A stretch of DNA of 63,412 bases, the filler included, from Diploschistes diacapsis (taxonomy: Eukaryota): NCBI GenBank assembly GCA_023645945.1. It is 24 parts of 24 records of this genome, joined end to end, with 100 filler letters (N's around TTAATTAATTAA, not from the genome) between each part and the next. Parts side by side here need not be neighbours in the genome. Positions count along the whole stretch, not along the records: positions 32,968 to 51,618 come from JALAIB010000404.1; 23 more parts are not named here. The stretch is one strand, 5' to 3'. Shown here one piece after another: positions 36,894 to 50,255 of the stretch. The notes beneath the pieces are model-generated. The model saw nothing but the letters and a program-made list of their open reading frames with translations. It had not been told where the DNA came from and made no database searches. The translations under genes were made by a program, and so were the position numbers. Within the stretch, counting starts at the first letter, position 1. Each line of letters begins with the position of its first letter.

Positions 36894-39585
36894 CTACATC
36901 GTCCCTCCCAACCTCAAATCCCTCGAACTAGACCCGACCCAGACATTGAAGAGGCCCGTCGGGGTGATCCACGTCTGCGTCGGTACATCCCAGTAGCTTA
37001 GATCCTTCCTGCGTACGTCGAACGTCACCGTCCCGCTGGCTCCCGGCGCCAGTGAAATCTTCTGGAACCCTCTCAGCTGCCTGATTGGCGTAGCGGGCGC
37101 CGAAGAAGGATAGCCGATATAGAGCTGCGCGACTTCTGCCCCTGCGACGGTGCCGTTGTTTGTGATCACGGCGGTGACAGTGGCGACGGTGTCGAACAGA
37201 CCCGAGATACCGCCTGGTGCGAGGGTCTGGTTGCCGGCTGATTTGTCGGTGTAGGTGGCGCTTAGAGTAGAGTAGGCAAACGTTGTATATGCTGGGGTGG
37301 AAGTTAGTATATACGCTGCGAGAAACAAGGGCCTTGTTTGTCTTACACAGTCCGTATCCGAATTCATACCGTGGAGCAATTCCTGCGTTGTCGAAGTGAC
37401 GATAGTCAATGTATAGGCCCTCGGGGTAGCTGTCGTTGCCGGGTTGGACAGAAGTGCCATAATCGGAGGTTTGCTTGGCGATGGTGTAAGGCAATTTGCC
37501 GGAGGGCACAGTGGAGCCGTAAAGGATATCGACAAGGCCGTTGCCGGATTCTTGGCCAGCGATACCGGCCCAGACAATGGCTTGTACATTTGGTTGCTCC
37601 AGTATCGTTTCGAGGATGACGGGGCCGACGGAGTTCACCACGACAATGGTGTTGTTATTGACTCCGGCGACAGCTTGGACAAGCTGGTTGCTGTGAGGAA
37701 ACCGGTCAGCAATGAATGCGACATGGGCAAGACGCTGCAAATTAAGGGACATATTGGATGTTCACGGAGACCTTGGGCAGAATGCTAAAGACCCAAGTCA
37801 CTGCTCAGGAGCCCTCTTGAAGCAATAGGTGAGGTTTAACGAGCCTTCGTAGGTGCCCAACAAGTTCAATCGAGAGAAAACGCGACACTTACCCTGAATG
37901 CCAAGGATCAAGATTGTTACGATCTCCTGCATTTCCTTCGACCTGCAGCTAGCGTTAGCCGCATTCAACGCTGCGGAGAACTCCTGTTATGTACCGTAAT
38001 ATATCCCTCGCCACTATCGGCTGTGATGAAAACAATAGCCGTCTCGGCCTGGGCAGCTGCAGAAGCCGCCGCAGTAGTATCATCCGTTATAGACGTCACA
38101 ATAGTCGTGCCATCAGAGGCCGCCTGGGGTTTGATCGCATCGTAAGGAGCAACCAGGTACGGAAACTGGTCGGTGCCACTGCCCCATCCCATAGCAAGAT
38201 GACCAGTGTTGCATCCACGGTCTCCACAAGCGTTCGGCCCAGAGGGGTTGACTATGGCGTCTTGGCCGATGAGCGCTAAGCTCTTAGGTTTGTTCAAGGG
38301 CAAGGTTTGATTATTGTTCATAAGAAGAACAATACCGTCACGCGCGATTTCTCGCGCAACGGTGCTGTGGGTGCCAGATACATTTGGTGCGCCGCTGCCA
38401 CTGTTATCACCCCAAGAGGTCCATGTTACGGGAGGGTATCCGGAGTCTTGGCCGAGGAGATACCATGCGGCGAGAATGCGTGTTACCATGTCGTCAAGGC
38501 GGGACTGAGCCACGGCACCACTTCTAATCGCGTTCAGTAGGTTCTGACCCCAGAGGATGTTTCCTCCACTAAAATCGGTGCCAGGCATGCTCATCTAATC
38601 ATAAACTCAGCTTTGTTCTCGATGCCCGATAAGCTAGCGAGCAGCTTCTTTGCGGCGCGCTGAACCAGGGGTTGAGAGCGAAGCTATACTCACATCCATG
38701 CCTGCATTTGCAGCGCCATCTGTAGTCTTCTTTGACTTAGTATGGTCCTACCAAGGCAGAGGGTTCTGGCTTTACCTGTTGTGCGTTCCAGTCCGACATC
38801 ACGTAGCCCTGAAAGCCAAGCTCCTCCTTCAACACGCTGGTAAGAGTGTGCGGATTCTCGCACGCCCACGAGCTGTTGACCCGGTTGTAGGAACACATAA
38901 CAGACGCAACGTTAGCTCTCACGGCATCCGCAAAAGGCCAGAGATAGAGCTCGTGAAAGGTTCGGTCATCGATGTTCGCGCTCATGCCTTGTCGATTCAG
39001 CTCCTGCTCGTTACCAACGAAGTGCTTGGCGCAGGCCTGAACGCCGGCAGCCTGCATGCCTTGGATGGTCTCGGACATGGCGATACCTGAGAGATAAGGG
39101 TCGTTGCTGAAACCCTCCCAGTTGCGTCCAGCTTCTGGAATCTTCCCGAGCGGGCCACCTACAGGACCAAGCTGAACGTTGACGCCAACACCTTTAGCTT
39201 CCATACCGATCGCGTTACCGCGAGCGTACATTAAGCTAGTATCCCACGTTGACCCCACTTGGATTCCGGCGGGAAACGCAGTAACACCCTCAACATATCT
39301 GACGCCAAGTGGAGAATCTTGAGCGCATAGCGAGGGATATGCAATACTCGAGACAGCCTTGGTGTTTCCGACGCAAGGCCCGTCTTCCCAGCCAACACCT
39401 GTGACGATGCCAACTTTGTCGTTTTTCGACAACTTTGCCAGCGCAGCCCGTGCTTTGGCGTATGCAGGGCCCCACTCACCAAGTCCAGTACCTGAGCCTG
39501 TACTCGAAGATGTGGAGTTTGAAACTGGTTGGTGAGCCAGAGCTAGCGCAGCCAGTAGTAGACCTGCTAGTACAGATCTTGCCAT
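36894..39585 (-). CDS. Secreted GH3 beta-glucosidase with C-terminal FnIII-like domain, multi-exon
   Basis: Signal peptide; GRNWEGF, ACAKHFVGNEQE, VMCSYNRVN, GYVMSDW (nucleophile), ADSGEG, GQESGN, PSGKLPYTIAK, EFGYGL, QLRGFQK, VGSSSRD. Confidence 0.95.
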
Positions 39586-40826
39586 GGCTGCTGAGCTTCA
39601 AGCTTAGGAAGGCCGTTCAACTGTCGCTCTCGGTGGTACTTGTTGGCCACAGGTTCGTTCGCGAAGTGAGCCAGGAAGGCTTTTAGAAGCTCTGTAGTTT
39701 TCACAGCGACAAGCCATGGCTGTCCAGGGTATTTGAACAACCCTTGAGGGTCTCGCCAAGAGAAGAGCAGGTTCAAGTGCAAGAGCCCAGATCCAGTCAG
39801 GCACGAGGTTCAGACTACATATCAAATGCGAGCCAATAGCCACCAACCATAGGTTTGGTGCAGATGCTATCCAACGCCCGAAGTAAGGTCACAAGACACT
39901 AGACGGTTATACCGCGGCCGCAGGGCCTGGCATGCCCGATGTACTGGTATTGTGGGGTACATGCCGTTGCAAGATGATAATTCTGCAGGTCATGAAAGTT
40001 GAATGAAGGGACTCTGGTCCAAGCGCGGCAAGTAGCAGTGTGCTGCAGATCACAATCGGACTGGCATTTAGTTTAGCATAAGACAGACAGAACATAATAG
40101 CCGGCCCGACAACCACGAGTATTCAGTACTCCTAAGTATCAATATTTGGAAGTAAAAATCAAGGATAGAAACGCCAGATGGCCACTAAAAGATTCTTTGA
40201 AGCAGAATCGAACAAGTGAACCAAGAGACAACCTTCAGAAGCATCATATGATCTTTCCTCTTGCAGACTGTCCTACCCACCAGGATGTAGCTTGAGGAAC
40301 ATTTTGTGGGGTGGTATTGGGGTTTCCCTCCTCCCCGTAAGCAAAGCCTTGAGCATTGTTTGAGGCAGGCCTGGTCCATTCGATATTCGATCAAGAGGCC
40401 ATGGACTCGCAACTGGAAAGTTTAGACTTTAATGACACCAGGAGAGGGAGAAGGCAAGATGGCCAAGGAGAGGCGTACTTTCCATCACGCTAGGACCTAT
40501 CGGGCCACAAAAACGTTTAGGGCTTAGGGCGCGGATTTCGCTTCCTCATTCAGACAACTTCAAGAAAGAATACTCTAACTTGATATTGATTTTCTATGCC
40601 CAAGTCGCGATAACGGCTTTACGCTCGCTTGCCTTGGAACGAGGTATGCAGAAAACTAGGATCCTTGAGGAGGGCACATTGGCATCATTGATGAATATCT
40701 ATGTACAGGCTCGCGCTCATCGTACGCACATGCACACCATCACACGACCAACGATTGTGGAGGTCATCTCGAAGCCACTGAACTCCGATTCCCCGTACCA
40801 CCCTGCTATGACTTGCTCTCTGCATA

Positions 40827-41759
40827 TCAGGACGTGAGGCCAGTAGAGCCGGTCGCGAGCAGGTTAAGCCAAGCCGCCAGTCTATATCCAGCCTTGGCGA
40901 ACTGCAGCTTGACTGTGGGCATCATGTTCTGATAATAAGCACCGCTCAGGTCCTGGTTCTCGACGCTGCTCACCCCGCCAGGCATGACGGCCGAGCACAC
41001 GTACTGGTTCGCGTCGCTCGCCCAGCTCATGGCACTGCTCTGAGCACTGGAGATGGACATGTCTGTAAGCCAGCCAGAGGCCTGGGTGGAGAAGATTCCG
41101 GACTTGATCTGGGAAGTGATCTGCGTGGCGAATGTTCTGGCATTTTCGAGGGTATCGTCGCCGGCGTACTGCTCTGGGCCGTTGGTATCCCAGACGTGGT
41201 GCAGATTGGTCGATGAGCTGCCGAACTTGACGTCGATGTCGTTGCCACCGACCTCGAGATTCTCATTGTGTAGGGGTTGGTGGATGTCGCCGAGAAAGTG
41301 AACGAGGAACATGAGGGATTGGTGCTTTTCTGAGGCGCTTGTGGAGGAGCCCTGGATGAGAGAAGTCTGCAGGATTAACGTCAGCCCTTGGTACGAACAT
41401 TGAATTGAACGGTGTGTGGTTACATAGTTAACGATAGCAGATACAACGCAGTTATCCTCGCCACAATCACGACTGTACTCGACATTACAGGTTTGTGGTG
41501 GACTGTCGTTCGCATCGATGAAGTGGAATGGCTCGCTAAACCTGCCGGCCGAGGTATACTTGTAGGTATCTGCCCACGTTGCGACACTGGCAAGATAGTC
41601 GTCCGAAGTATCGCCAAGGATCTTCTGCGCCCATGACTGGGTGTTCGACGTGACGAAGTCGCTGGCAATGTATGCGATAGTTTCGTGCCCAAGGTTGCCC
41701 CAAGCCAGAGCCGAAGGGGCGAAGGTCAAGAGACCGAGGGAAAGAGCGCTTCCCTGCAT
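40827..41759 (-). CDS. Secreted S1/P1 nuclease
   Basis: Signal peptide then WGNLGH, ATWAD, FHFID, FLVHFLGDIHQPLH, NLHHVWD zinc ligands. One in-frame intron at about 41367-41423. Confidence 0.95.
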   Translation of the reverse strand: MQGSALSLGLLTFAPSALAWGNLGHETIAYIASDFVTSNTQSWAQKILGDTSDDYLASVATWADTYKYTSAGRFSEPFHFIDANDSPPQTCNVEYSRDCGEDNCVVSAIVNYVTTHRSIQCSYQGLTLILQTSLIQGSSTSASEKHQSLMFLVHFLGDIHQPLHNENLEVGGNDIDVKFGSSSTNLHHVWDTNGPEQYAGDDTLENARTFATQITSQIKSGIFSTQASGWLTDMSISSAQSSAMSWASDANQYVCSAVMPGGVSSVENQDLSGAYYQNMMPTVKLQFAKAGYRLAAWLNLLATGSTGLTS

Positions 41760-43769
41760 TGCCAAAGAGTCAAATATCCGAATGATAGGATGAAGAGCGC
41801 AGTATCGCTGGATTGTAAGTCAATGGGACTAAAGGATATGGCTAGGGAATCGTTTGAGATATATATACAGCTTATAGAAATTGACTTCAGTAAGAAAGAG
41901 GCCCACCAATTGCGTAGCTCCGGCCTGACAACTTAAACCGCATTTGACTTCTTCGAGGAACCGGTCATTGTGGTGCAAAGTTCCCAGAAGCTCTACGCCT
42001 TGCCCCAGACTTAACAGATAATAATAAGAAAACACTGCCCAATAGCACCTGTCCCACATATAACGTGCTGGCATGCATCCCTTCCGTTAGGGTCGGAGCT
42101 GGTAGGTTTATGATAAGAAGATTTGTCCCAATCCGCAATAAAACCGCCGAGCGGAACGTTGCAGAGTTCTCGGGAAGGGGGGGGTGACAGGCTCGCAGTG
42201 AGCCGAACGTTCTGCCAGTGTCCATCTCCATGGCATAGCAATAGGAAAACTCTTTATTATTTTTACCCTCAACTGCTGCTTCGCTTCTGCTGCCCTTCCC
42301 ATTCGTTGCGACCGGAGAGTTCGATTCGAGACAGCCGACCCAGTAAACGCCGCTAGAAGACAAACAAAGTATCTTGGCGCCCTCTAGCGTCCGAGTTAGC
42401 AGCAGCCTCTCCCGAAGCCTCATTGATACACTTCGTAGATGCAAAAAGAAACATGCCCACCGCAGCGAATCATTCGAGCACAGACTGGTGCACCTACTAC
42501 ATAGCGTAGCTGTCGGGTACAGCGCACAACCGTTACAGCGGCCCCGTCCGCGTCAATCAGCTCGGGGGCTCTCCCATGATGATGCCACCAGTACTACTGT
42601 AGGTATGCAGGTGGTCGCTTGCGGAGCAGGTTCCCCTCGAGGAGTACGAAAGTGCACGATTTAAGAAGAGGTAATGCAAGGGCATTTCACGACGATGCGG
42701 TCCGGCTGGGTTTTCTGTATCCCTGGCTTTTTCTGGCTAAAGTGCGAGTCCCCCTTGCCTTGTACGTACAAGGAAGACAGTGCGAGGGGCTGATAACAGA
42801 GTCGGATGCCTGCGCAGCCAACTGGCTGCGTGACAACGCAGTATAGGCTCAGGGTTTATCGTCGCATAGAGGTAGGGGGAAAGAGCGCCATGAGAAAGCG
42901 TCGGATAGAAGGTTGTTGTGAAGCCTCTGAAGAGAGCCAGCCGTACTGCATACAACCTGGAAGCAAGTCGACCGTTAACCATAGGCCTGCTTTACGGTGC
43001 CGAAGCAAAGGAAGAGGTGGAAGGTCTCGAATCACCAAGGAGTGCCTCAAAAAATACTTGGATGTTCCTTTCACCAAAACCCATAAACTCAAATCTTATC
43101 AATCGTCGGGATGACTTATACACCATTTGTCAAGTTTCAAGGACCAAACATAGAGCTAACAATTTCTAGAAGCATTGGGCGCCACGAACAGGTTGGAGAT
43201 CAGGTACTACTGCGGTCGTATGTAGGAGTGGATCGGGAAGTAAAGCTCACTACAGATAAGACCTCTCTCGTGGAATATTTTCGAAGAACGAGGTATGGTA
43301 GCTTGCTCTTTGGGGCGAAACACTCCACTGCAGTCAACAATTTACATTTGGTAATAGCATATCCGTTTATCCGGCTCTTGGAGGATTCAACTTTGTGATC
43401 GTGCTTGAATCACACATTGAACGGGCGTATTGTTGCACTGAGCGAGACAGTTTGGATCAAGAGCAGAGGATTTTTAACACACGGTGTCTCTCGATAATCT
43501 ATTCAGACAGTAACTGTACATTGCATCACAAGAACTCTCTTGAACGGCGAATTTTTCAATCAGTCATCGTCTTTCGCACTCTCTAACCTCAATCTTCCGC
43601 TTGATGTTCGCATCTTTGAGCTGGAATAGCTTGGTTGCGCTCCTATCAATCGAAAAGTGCTCTTAAAGGAACAAAATCACCTGGATGGGTTTATCCAAGG
43701 AATGTTTTAAGCATCGCAAGTCTGCCCCACTGTGGCGTCTCGGGTTGTCTTCTACCCCGTGATGGGACT

Positions 43770-44911
43770 TTATAGCAGCTGTGGCCGTTGAACTGTTTTC
43801 CTTCTTTTTTCAATAGCGTTTGAAAGCTCGCCGTTGCGTCCAAGGGTTGAGTCCATGTCGACTACGCCAGCAGCGTCGAATCCAGCTTGAATGGGAATCG
43901 GACGATCTGATCCATTCTGTCTCAGGTAGGATCCAAATTGCGAACTCGACATCTCTTCGTTGAACGGAGAGCGTGGCTGGAGAATCCCAGAGAATGACTG
44001 TGCGGCTGTTGTCACGAGATACTCGCTCATTGTCGAGTTCGGTGGTCGATCAAGGACGAAGCTCTGAAGATTATCGAAAAAGCCGAGAGATGCTCCTTGC
44101 GGATCTATCTGTATATCCTCGTCAAGGTCCATCCAGAAGGTGCGTAATCCCGGATCCATGTCGATATCAGCCTCAGCCTGCAAGTCCTGGCGCGAGTTCG
44201 AAGGGCTGCCTAGACTTAAGCTGCTGTTCAATGGGGATGCCGGAGAGGTGCATGACGTGTTATGTTTCGTGCAATGCTGAAGTGTTAACGAGTCTTTCTG
44301 ATCGAGGCATTGCATACAACCCGACTGCTGACGGGACGTGGAGCTCTTGGACATGGGGTGCTGAGACGGAGAGCGCCTGCGCTTCAATTGCCGGTTTTCT
44401 GCGAGGAGCTTTTCAAGCTCGATCTGAAGTTCATCATTTCGGCCTTTCAGATTGCCATTCTCTGCTTTGAGATTCTCTGCCCCTTTCTGCAGGTCTTTGA
44501 TACTGTCATGCAAATCTTTGACGGCAGAATCTAATTGTCTTGTTAACGAATGCATCATCATTGACCGAACAAATCCCGACAAACAGGCAGCCTACCTTTC
44601 CTCTTCCGGTACGCTCTTTGAGAAGCCCGATTCTGTTCCTTTCGCCGCTAAATGTTAATATTAGCTTCATCGGTTTGATGATCCAAGGACGCGGTGCTGA
44701 CCTCCTTCGCCAAAGCTCGCTCGGAAAACGACAATGGTGGAAGGTTGCTAGGCACTGGATGCATGGTCTGTAGAGGGAGCGAGAAACTATAGTCGAGTTG
44801 ATTTGGAGGGCTGCCGTAGTTGTGCCCTGTATTACTCGGGCCCTGTTGCGAGTTGAGGTAAGTGGCGACGGTGGGCATCGTGAGGTACGGTCTCGGTGAT
44901 CTACTGTCCAT
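43770..44911 (-). CDS. bZIP transcription factor (AP-1/Yap-type basic region), at least 3 exons
   Basis: Micro-exon 44596-44647 encodes RRKEQNRASQRAYRKRK. The next exon encodes the heptad zipper VKDLHDSIKDLQKGAENLKAENGNLKGRNDELQIEL. Introns 44648-44701 and about 44531-44595 are GT-AG. Confidence 0.85.
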
Positions 44912-46106
44912 TTATTGGTATCGGTTCAACGACCAGTTGGGTTGGGTGAGGATACATGCAATATCCAAGGCTTGCTGCTACGGCAAGTATGAAAGCACGA
45001 AGCCTACAGAAAAAGGATTAACGCGCCCGTAGGATCTTATCAGCTCCAACAGCCGTGAAGCTCTGCACAGCAATGAATTGGTGAAGTGCTAGGCTCCGAC
45101 CAATGCGTACGGCCAGGTAATGATACGCGGAGGCGGCTGCGACTCATAACGGAAATTATCTGCTTCGGTCTCAGTGATTCCTAGCAAGCGCAGCCACAAG
45201 GAGTTCCAATATCGAAGCTCATAGGACAAGGTATAGTCCATGGAGTTCCGGGCCATGATCAGAAGAAGCGAGGCTCATGGGGTATCGTTGCTGAAGAAAA
45301 GGGCTGTGCACCGTTCCTCTCCGTGCCACCCTCTGCCACAGTTGTGCCTGCGAACAGGCCAACCATGCGAGAGAGCAGACCTGAAATGCATTGATCACAC
45401 GGCGCTCACGGTTGCGAAATGGTTAGAGATTGGCCATGGGTTCTGGTAGGATTCACTATTGCGCAATGTCCAGTGGAAAAAGCCTTGTGGTCTTGAGTTG
45501 CAACGGCAACTGCCGCACAGCCCTTGTCTGCAGCAGCATGGTATATACTTCATCCAGCCCGTCGTGAGCCAAACCATCTTGAGTCATATACGAGAAGATC
45601 AATTACTGCCACCTCTGAACTGCAATGTGCTGTGCAGTGTGCAGCAGGTGGGAGTGGTGTGGTGATCCCGAAGTGCCCCCGGCAACCTCAATGGCGATGG
45701 GTCTGAGCTGCCCCACTCAAAGGTCGGGGTGTTGTATTTGAGAAAAAACACAAATGAAACGAACAACAGAATGTATTGTTGAGAAGGAGTATTAAAGATT
45801 AAAGTGATGAGTTCCACCAAAGTAGCCCAAAGTATCCATGGGTGCAGGCTGGAACTTCCAAATGGTACGTGTCGACACCATGCTACTCTACTATACTATC
45901 GGGGAAGTTCAACTCTCTAACAAGTTCGGGTATGTGCACCGCACGGACCATATCCCCATGTGGAGTGCCTGATCTGCATGCCTGAAACGATAGGAAGTAA
46001 AAAATTTGGAAAAGATTCATACACGCCGCCTCTAATCAACACATGTGCTTTGCTGCCATACGAGAAAGGAAAGTCGTTTGACACACCGCATCTGTCCCCA
46101 TACAGG

Positions 46107-49100
46107 ATGCTCAATGGCTTCTCTAGACCTCCTCAGCCACCAAGATTGAACTTGTTACTGGCTCTCAAGACCACGCATCGGAGATTGTACCCGCTCTCTG
46201 CAGAATGGTCTCGGCAGAAGAGGGCGGTAGATCCTGCTGTAAGAGCTCTGTCGACGTCGATTCCCAGACTTGCAAAGTCAACGTCGACACCCAAGCTTAG
46301 GGCCTTGGCAGAGAAGCCATTGGCCCGTCCTTTGCCTCCGTTGCAAGATGGGGATAAGGCGACAAGATGGCCTACCGTCGTTCAAGAAGTCTATGACAAC
46401 ATGCAAAAATTCCCAGACTGCGTGGTACTGACCAAGGTGGGAGGCTTCTATGAGCTCTACTTCGAGCAGGCCGAGGATCTAGCACCACTCCTGAACCTCA
46501 AGGTCGCGGCAAAAAGGACAATTGCTGGCCCCGTACCAATGGTAGCCACCCCAAGCTTTTTACTTGTGCCTGGCTTTAACGCTCCTGCAGGCCGGCTTTC
46601 CTTTTTTCCAACTTGACCGGTTCCTCAAAACGCTAGTGCAAGATCTGAACAAGCACGTTGCCATCAGCGAGGAATTCGCAAGGGATCCTTCAGCAAAGGC
46701 CAAGTCTGGACATTTATTTGACAGAAGAGTTGTACGCGTCGTCACCCCTGGAACTCTGGTTGATGAGAAATTCATCCACCCATCTGAAAACAACTTTCTG
46801 CTAGTTATACACCGTCGTGCCGATGGGAACGTCAAGCGAACCGAAGCAGCCGAAAGAGAAACACTGCCACAGTCCCAACCTATAGGCTTGGCCTGGCTGG
46901 ACCTATCCACTGGAGAATTCTTTACCCAATCGAGTAACTTCGGATCTTTACCGTCGGACTTACTACGTATCAATGCACGAGAAGTCGTTCTTGGCGCTTC
47001 ACTAGATCCACCCACTGTGCTGAAAATAAGGGAGGCTATGGTTCAAAGCGACCAGGCCATCACTTTCCATTCCGATCCCATTCCAGCCCTGCCGATATCT
47101 GAGTGGGCCCCCAGGCTTGAATCACCAGTCCCAATTGAACAGCAGAGCACGTTCTCCGACGAGGAGGTCGCTGCTGGCAGCATTCTCCTCGGCTACGTTC
47201 AAGATAAGTTACAAGGGCTTGGAATGAAGCTTCAGGCTCCCATCAAAAGGCATGAAGCAGAAAGCATGAGCATCGACAAGAATAGCATGCGCGGCTTAGA
47301 AATCCTCGAGACCTCGCAGAAGGGGTCTAAAGGCACAAAGGGAAGCCTTTTGCATTCGGTTCGCAAGACTGTCACCAAAAGTGGTGCTCGTCTCCTACGA
47401 GAGCGAGTCTCGTCACCATCTACAGATCTAGCCATCATCAAGCAACGCTTGGATCTGGTTGAGTTGCTGATCGGCAAACGGAATCTGAGGGATAGTATAC
47501 TCTCCCTTCTCAAGCGGACTTTTGATTCTCAGCGACTCGCGCAGAAGTTCGCTTTGGGTCGAGGCGATGCAGACGACCTTGTGAGTATCCATCGAACGAT
47601 CCTGCTGACTCAAAATATCGTCCAAGTGTTGGAGGCGCACTCAGAGTCAACCAAAGACGCTCTTCGCGAGTCGCTCTTGGACCAGTTGGCACGCTTTTCA
47701 CTCAAAGGGCCCCTGCAGCTTGCCAATCACATTGCTGAAGCGATAGACGAAGATGCGCTTCTGGAACACCATCTCCAGAGCCAACTTGGCAATGCTGACA
47801 TGGTGTTCAAGGCACAGAAGGTCCTGAGCTCCGAAGGCGATGAAACCGATACAAGGGCCATGTCACAGATCGCTAGGAGCAAGGCTACGGGAAAGCTGCT
47901 GAAGAACCAGAAAGCACCCCCAGGCGACACCGGAGGTCCGGAAAGCCTTGCCCTGGACGAAGATCTTGAGTCAGTACTGACGTCCGTGACGGGCGTCCCG
48001 ACTTCCGAAGAGCAGGAACCATGGATAATGAGACGATCCGCGAGCCCGGCTTTAGAGAGACTTCATAACGATCTGGCTGGGCTCCTAGCCGACAAGGAGT
48101 CCTTAACATGTAGATTGAAGACGCTTTCAGGTGCCTCGAGCCTCACTTTGCGCTGGACGCCCGGCCTGGGCCACATATGCCATGTCAAGGGTCTGAAAGA
48201 TGTCCGCGCTTCTATGGGAAACTTGGAATCCGCACGAACTGTTGGCTCGTCCAAGTCTACAAGAACATTTTATCTGTCGGATTGGTCAACCCTAGGAGGT
48301 AAAATTGACCAGGTAAAGCTACAGATCAGGTCCGAAGAGCAGCGCGTCTTTCAGACCCTTCGGGAGAAAGTCGTTGAAAATCTAGTCAAACTTCGGCGCA
48401 ATGCAGCTGTGTTGGACGAACTCGACGTTGCGTGCTCTTTCGCCACACTTGCCGCTGGAAACGGCTTCGTTCGACCTATTTTAAACAACGGCCGAAGCCA
48501 CAAAATTCTCGCCGGACAGCATCCTACGGTTATGCTGGGACTGGAAGAACAAGGCAGACACTTTGTGAGCAACGACTGCCTTGTCGGAGATGAACAGCGT
48601 ATATGGCTCATTACGGGACCCAACATGGCTGGCAAGAGTACGTTTCTGAGACAAAATGCCCTAATTTCAATTCTAGCTCAGGTTGGCTCCTTCGTCCCAG
48701 CAAAGTACGCCGAAATTGGTATTGTGGACCAGATATTCAGCAGGATAGGGTCCGCAGATAATCTATACGAGGACCAGTCCACATTCATGGTGGAGATGCT
48801 GGAGACAGCACAGATTCTAAAGCGCGCCACACCACGCTCATTCGTCATCATGGACGAAGTAGGCCGCGGCACCACCCCCGAGGACGGGATAGCAATCAGC
48901 TATGCTTGTCTGCACCACCTACACCATATCAACAAGTGCCGCACGCTCTTCGCAACGCACTTCCATACCCTGACGGATATGACTCGGGGCTGGTCATCCC
49001 TTGGTACCTATTGCACCGACGTGGATGAAGGCCCCGACGGCTCCTTCACGTACGTACATCGCCTGCGGAATGGCGTCAACCGTGAATCACACGCTCTAAA

Positions 49101-49277
49101 GGTCGGACAACTTGCTGGTAAGAGCTTCATTTCACGGCCTGTCGCTCGGACTTACCATGTGCAGGGATACCAGAGATCGCCCTGAATATTGCTTCGGATG
49201 TCAAAAAGGCATTGCGTTCCGAGGCAAGTAAAACGACGGAAGCCTTTCCACTCGTAGGAACCGCGTCCGCTTTATGA
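46107..49277 (+). CDS. MSH1: Mitochondrial MutS homolog MSH1, about 3 exons; start uncertain
   Basis: MutS_I VVLTKVGGFYELYFEQA, AGFPFFQLDRFLK, RVVTPGTLVDE, ATPase ITGPNMAGKSTFLRQ, STFMVEM, MDEVGRGT, LFATHFH. Confidence 0.93.
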
Positions 49278-50255
49278 AAGATTTTACAATAGCTATTTGT
49301 CATACGAGGGCATGAATTCAGAGTCTGTTCGACTAAACCTGTAACACGGCAAGTTTCTCGAACCTCTCAAAGCTAGTACAAGGATACTAAAGAGCTCAAA
49401 TCTGGGTTGCGGCCACAGCGGATGGCTTCACACCTTCTTAACCGTTCCAGACACTCCTTGGGTGAGATGCCAACGGTCAGCTTCAAAGCTATGCTTGTTA
49501 GAGGTGCGTTCCTGATATCTATCGCAGACTTCGGATGCCCAAGGCACTACTAAACTTCCGTCAAGAATCACCATTCTTTGTGCGATTGAGAAAGTCTGTT
49601 ATATACAGTAGCAGGGCTTAGATTTAGGCTACTAAGACTCTACTGGTCCCAAGCGAAACATGATAGGAAGTCCCATCTGCTACGACGTAAAGCCGGATTG
49701 TTTCGCTTCTCGGCAGGAACCGAGAAAGGTCGGGATGCTCGTTTCGGATATGCAGCGCAGGTGCATGTCCGTAGCTGGGAGCTTTACCCCTGTATCTCGC
49801 GTCCTGTTCAGATGTAGTACTAGTAAATACCCTACGAGCGTTATTCGTCAGGTTCATTCCGTTCTCTCGATCAATGGTGTTGCGCCGTTGAAAGCGCTAT
49901 CTTGATCGGCCGGTAGCAGCAGCGCGCGGAATCCGGAGCAGGTGTGATGATATAAAGCGCGCCAGTTTAGTACCGCTAAGCCACATAGGAATTAAACTGG
50001 ATATATATAACATGACCTCTATACGGCATCGTTGGCAAATCTTAATGGAGGTGAGGATGGGTCACTTTTTCATTGCGCTATGTCGAACGTCACCACGCAC
50101 GGACTAAGGGATGCAATGGCCTGGCCGAAGACACGGAGCCGAGGCATGAGCTACCAACTTCACAGCTTTCCGAGGTTCCTCGATCGCCTACAATGTACGC
50201 CTGGAATGGCGAAGAGACCCCATGAACCTCTGATCCGTTCCATGTTGGCAGCAGT

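Noticed and set aside
41800..43700. Many 60-160 aa ORFs between the nuclease and bZIP genes
   Set aside because: No recognisable domains or consistent exon structure; treated as intergenic.
46107..49277. MutS plus S1/P1 nuclease plus phosphotransferase as a defence or repair system
   Set aside because: Each is a standard fungal gene acting in a different compartment (mitochondrial, secreted, metabolic); there is no evidence of a functional link.
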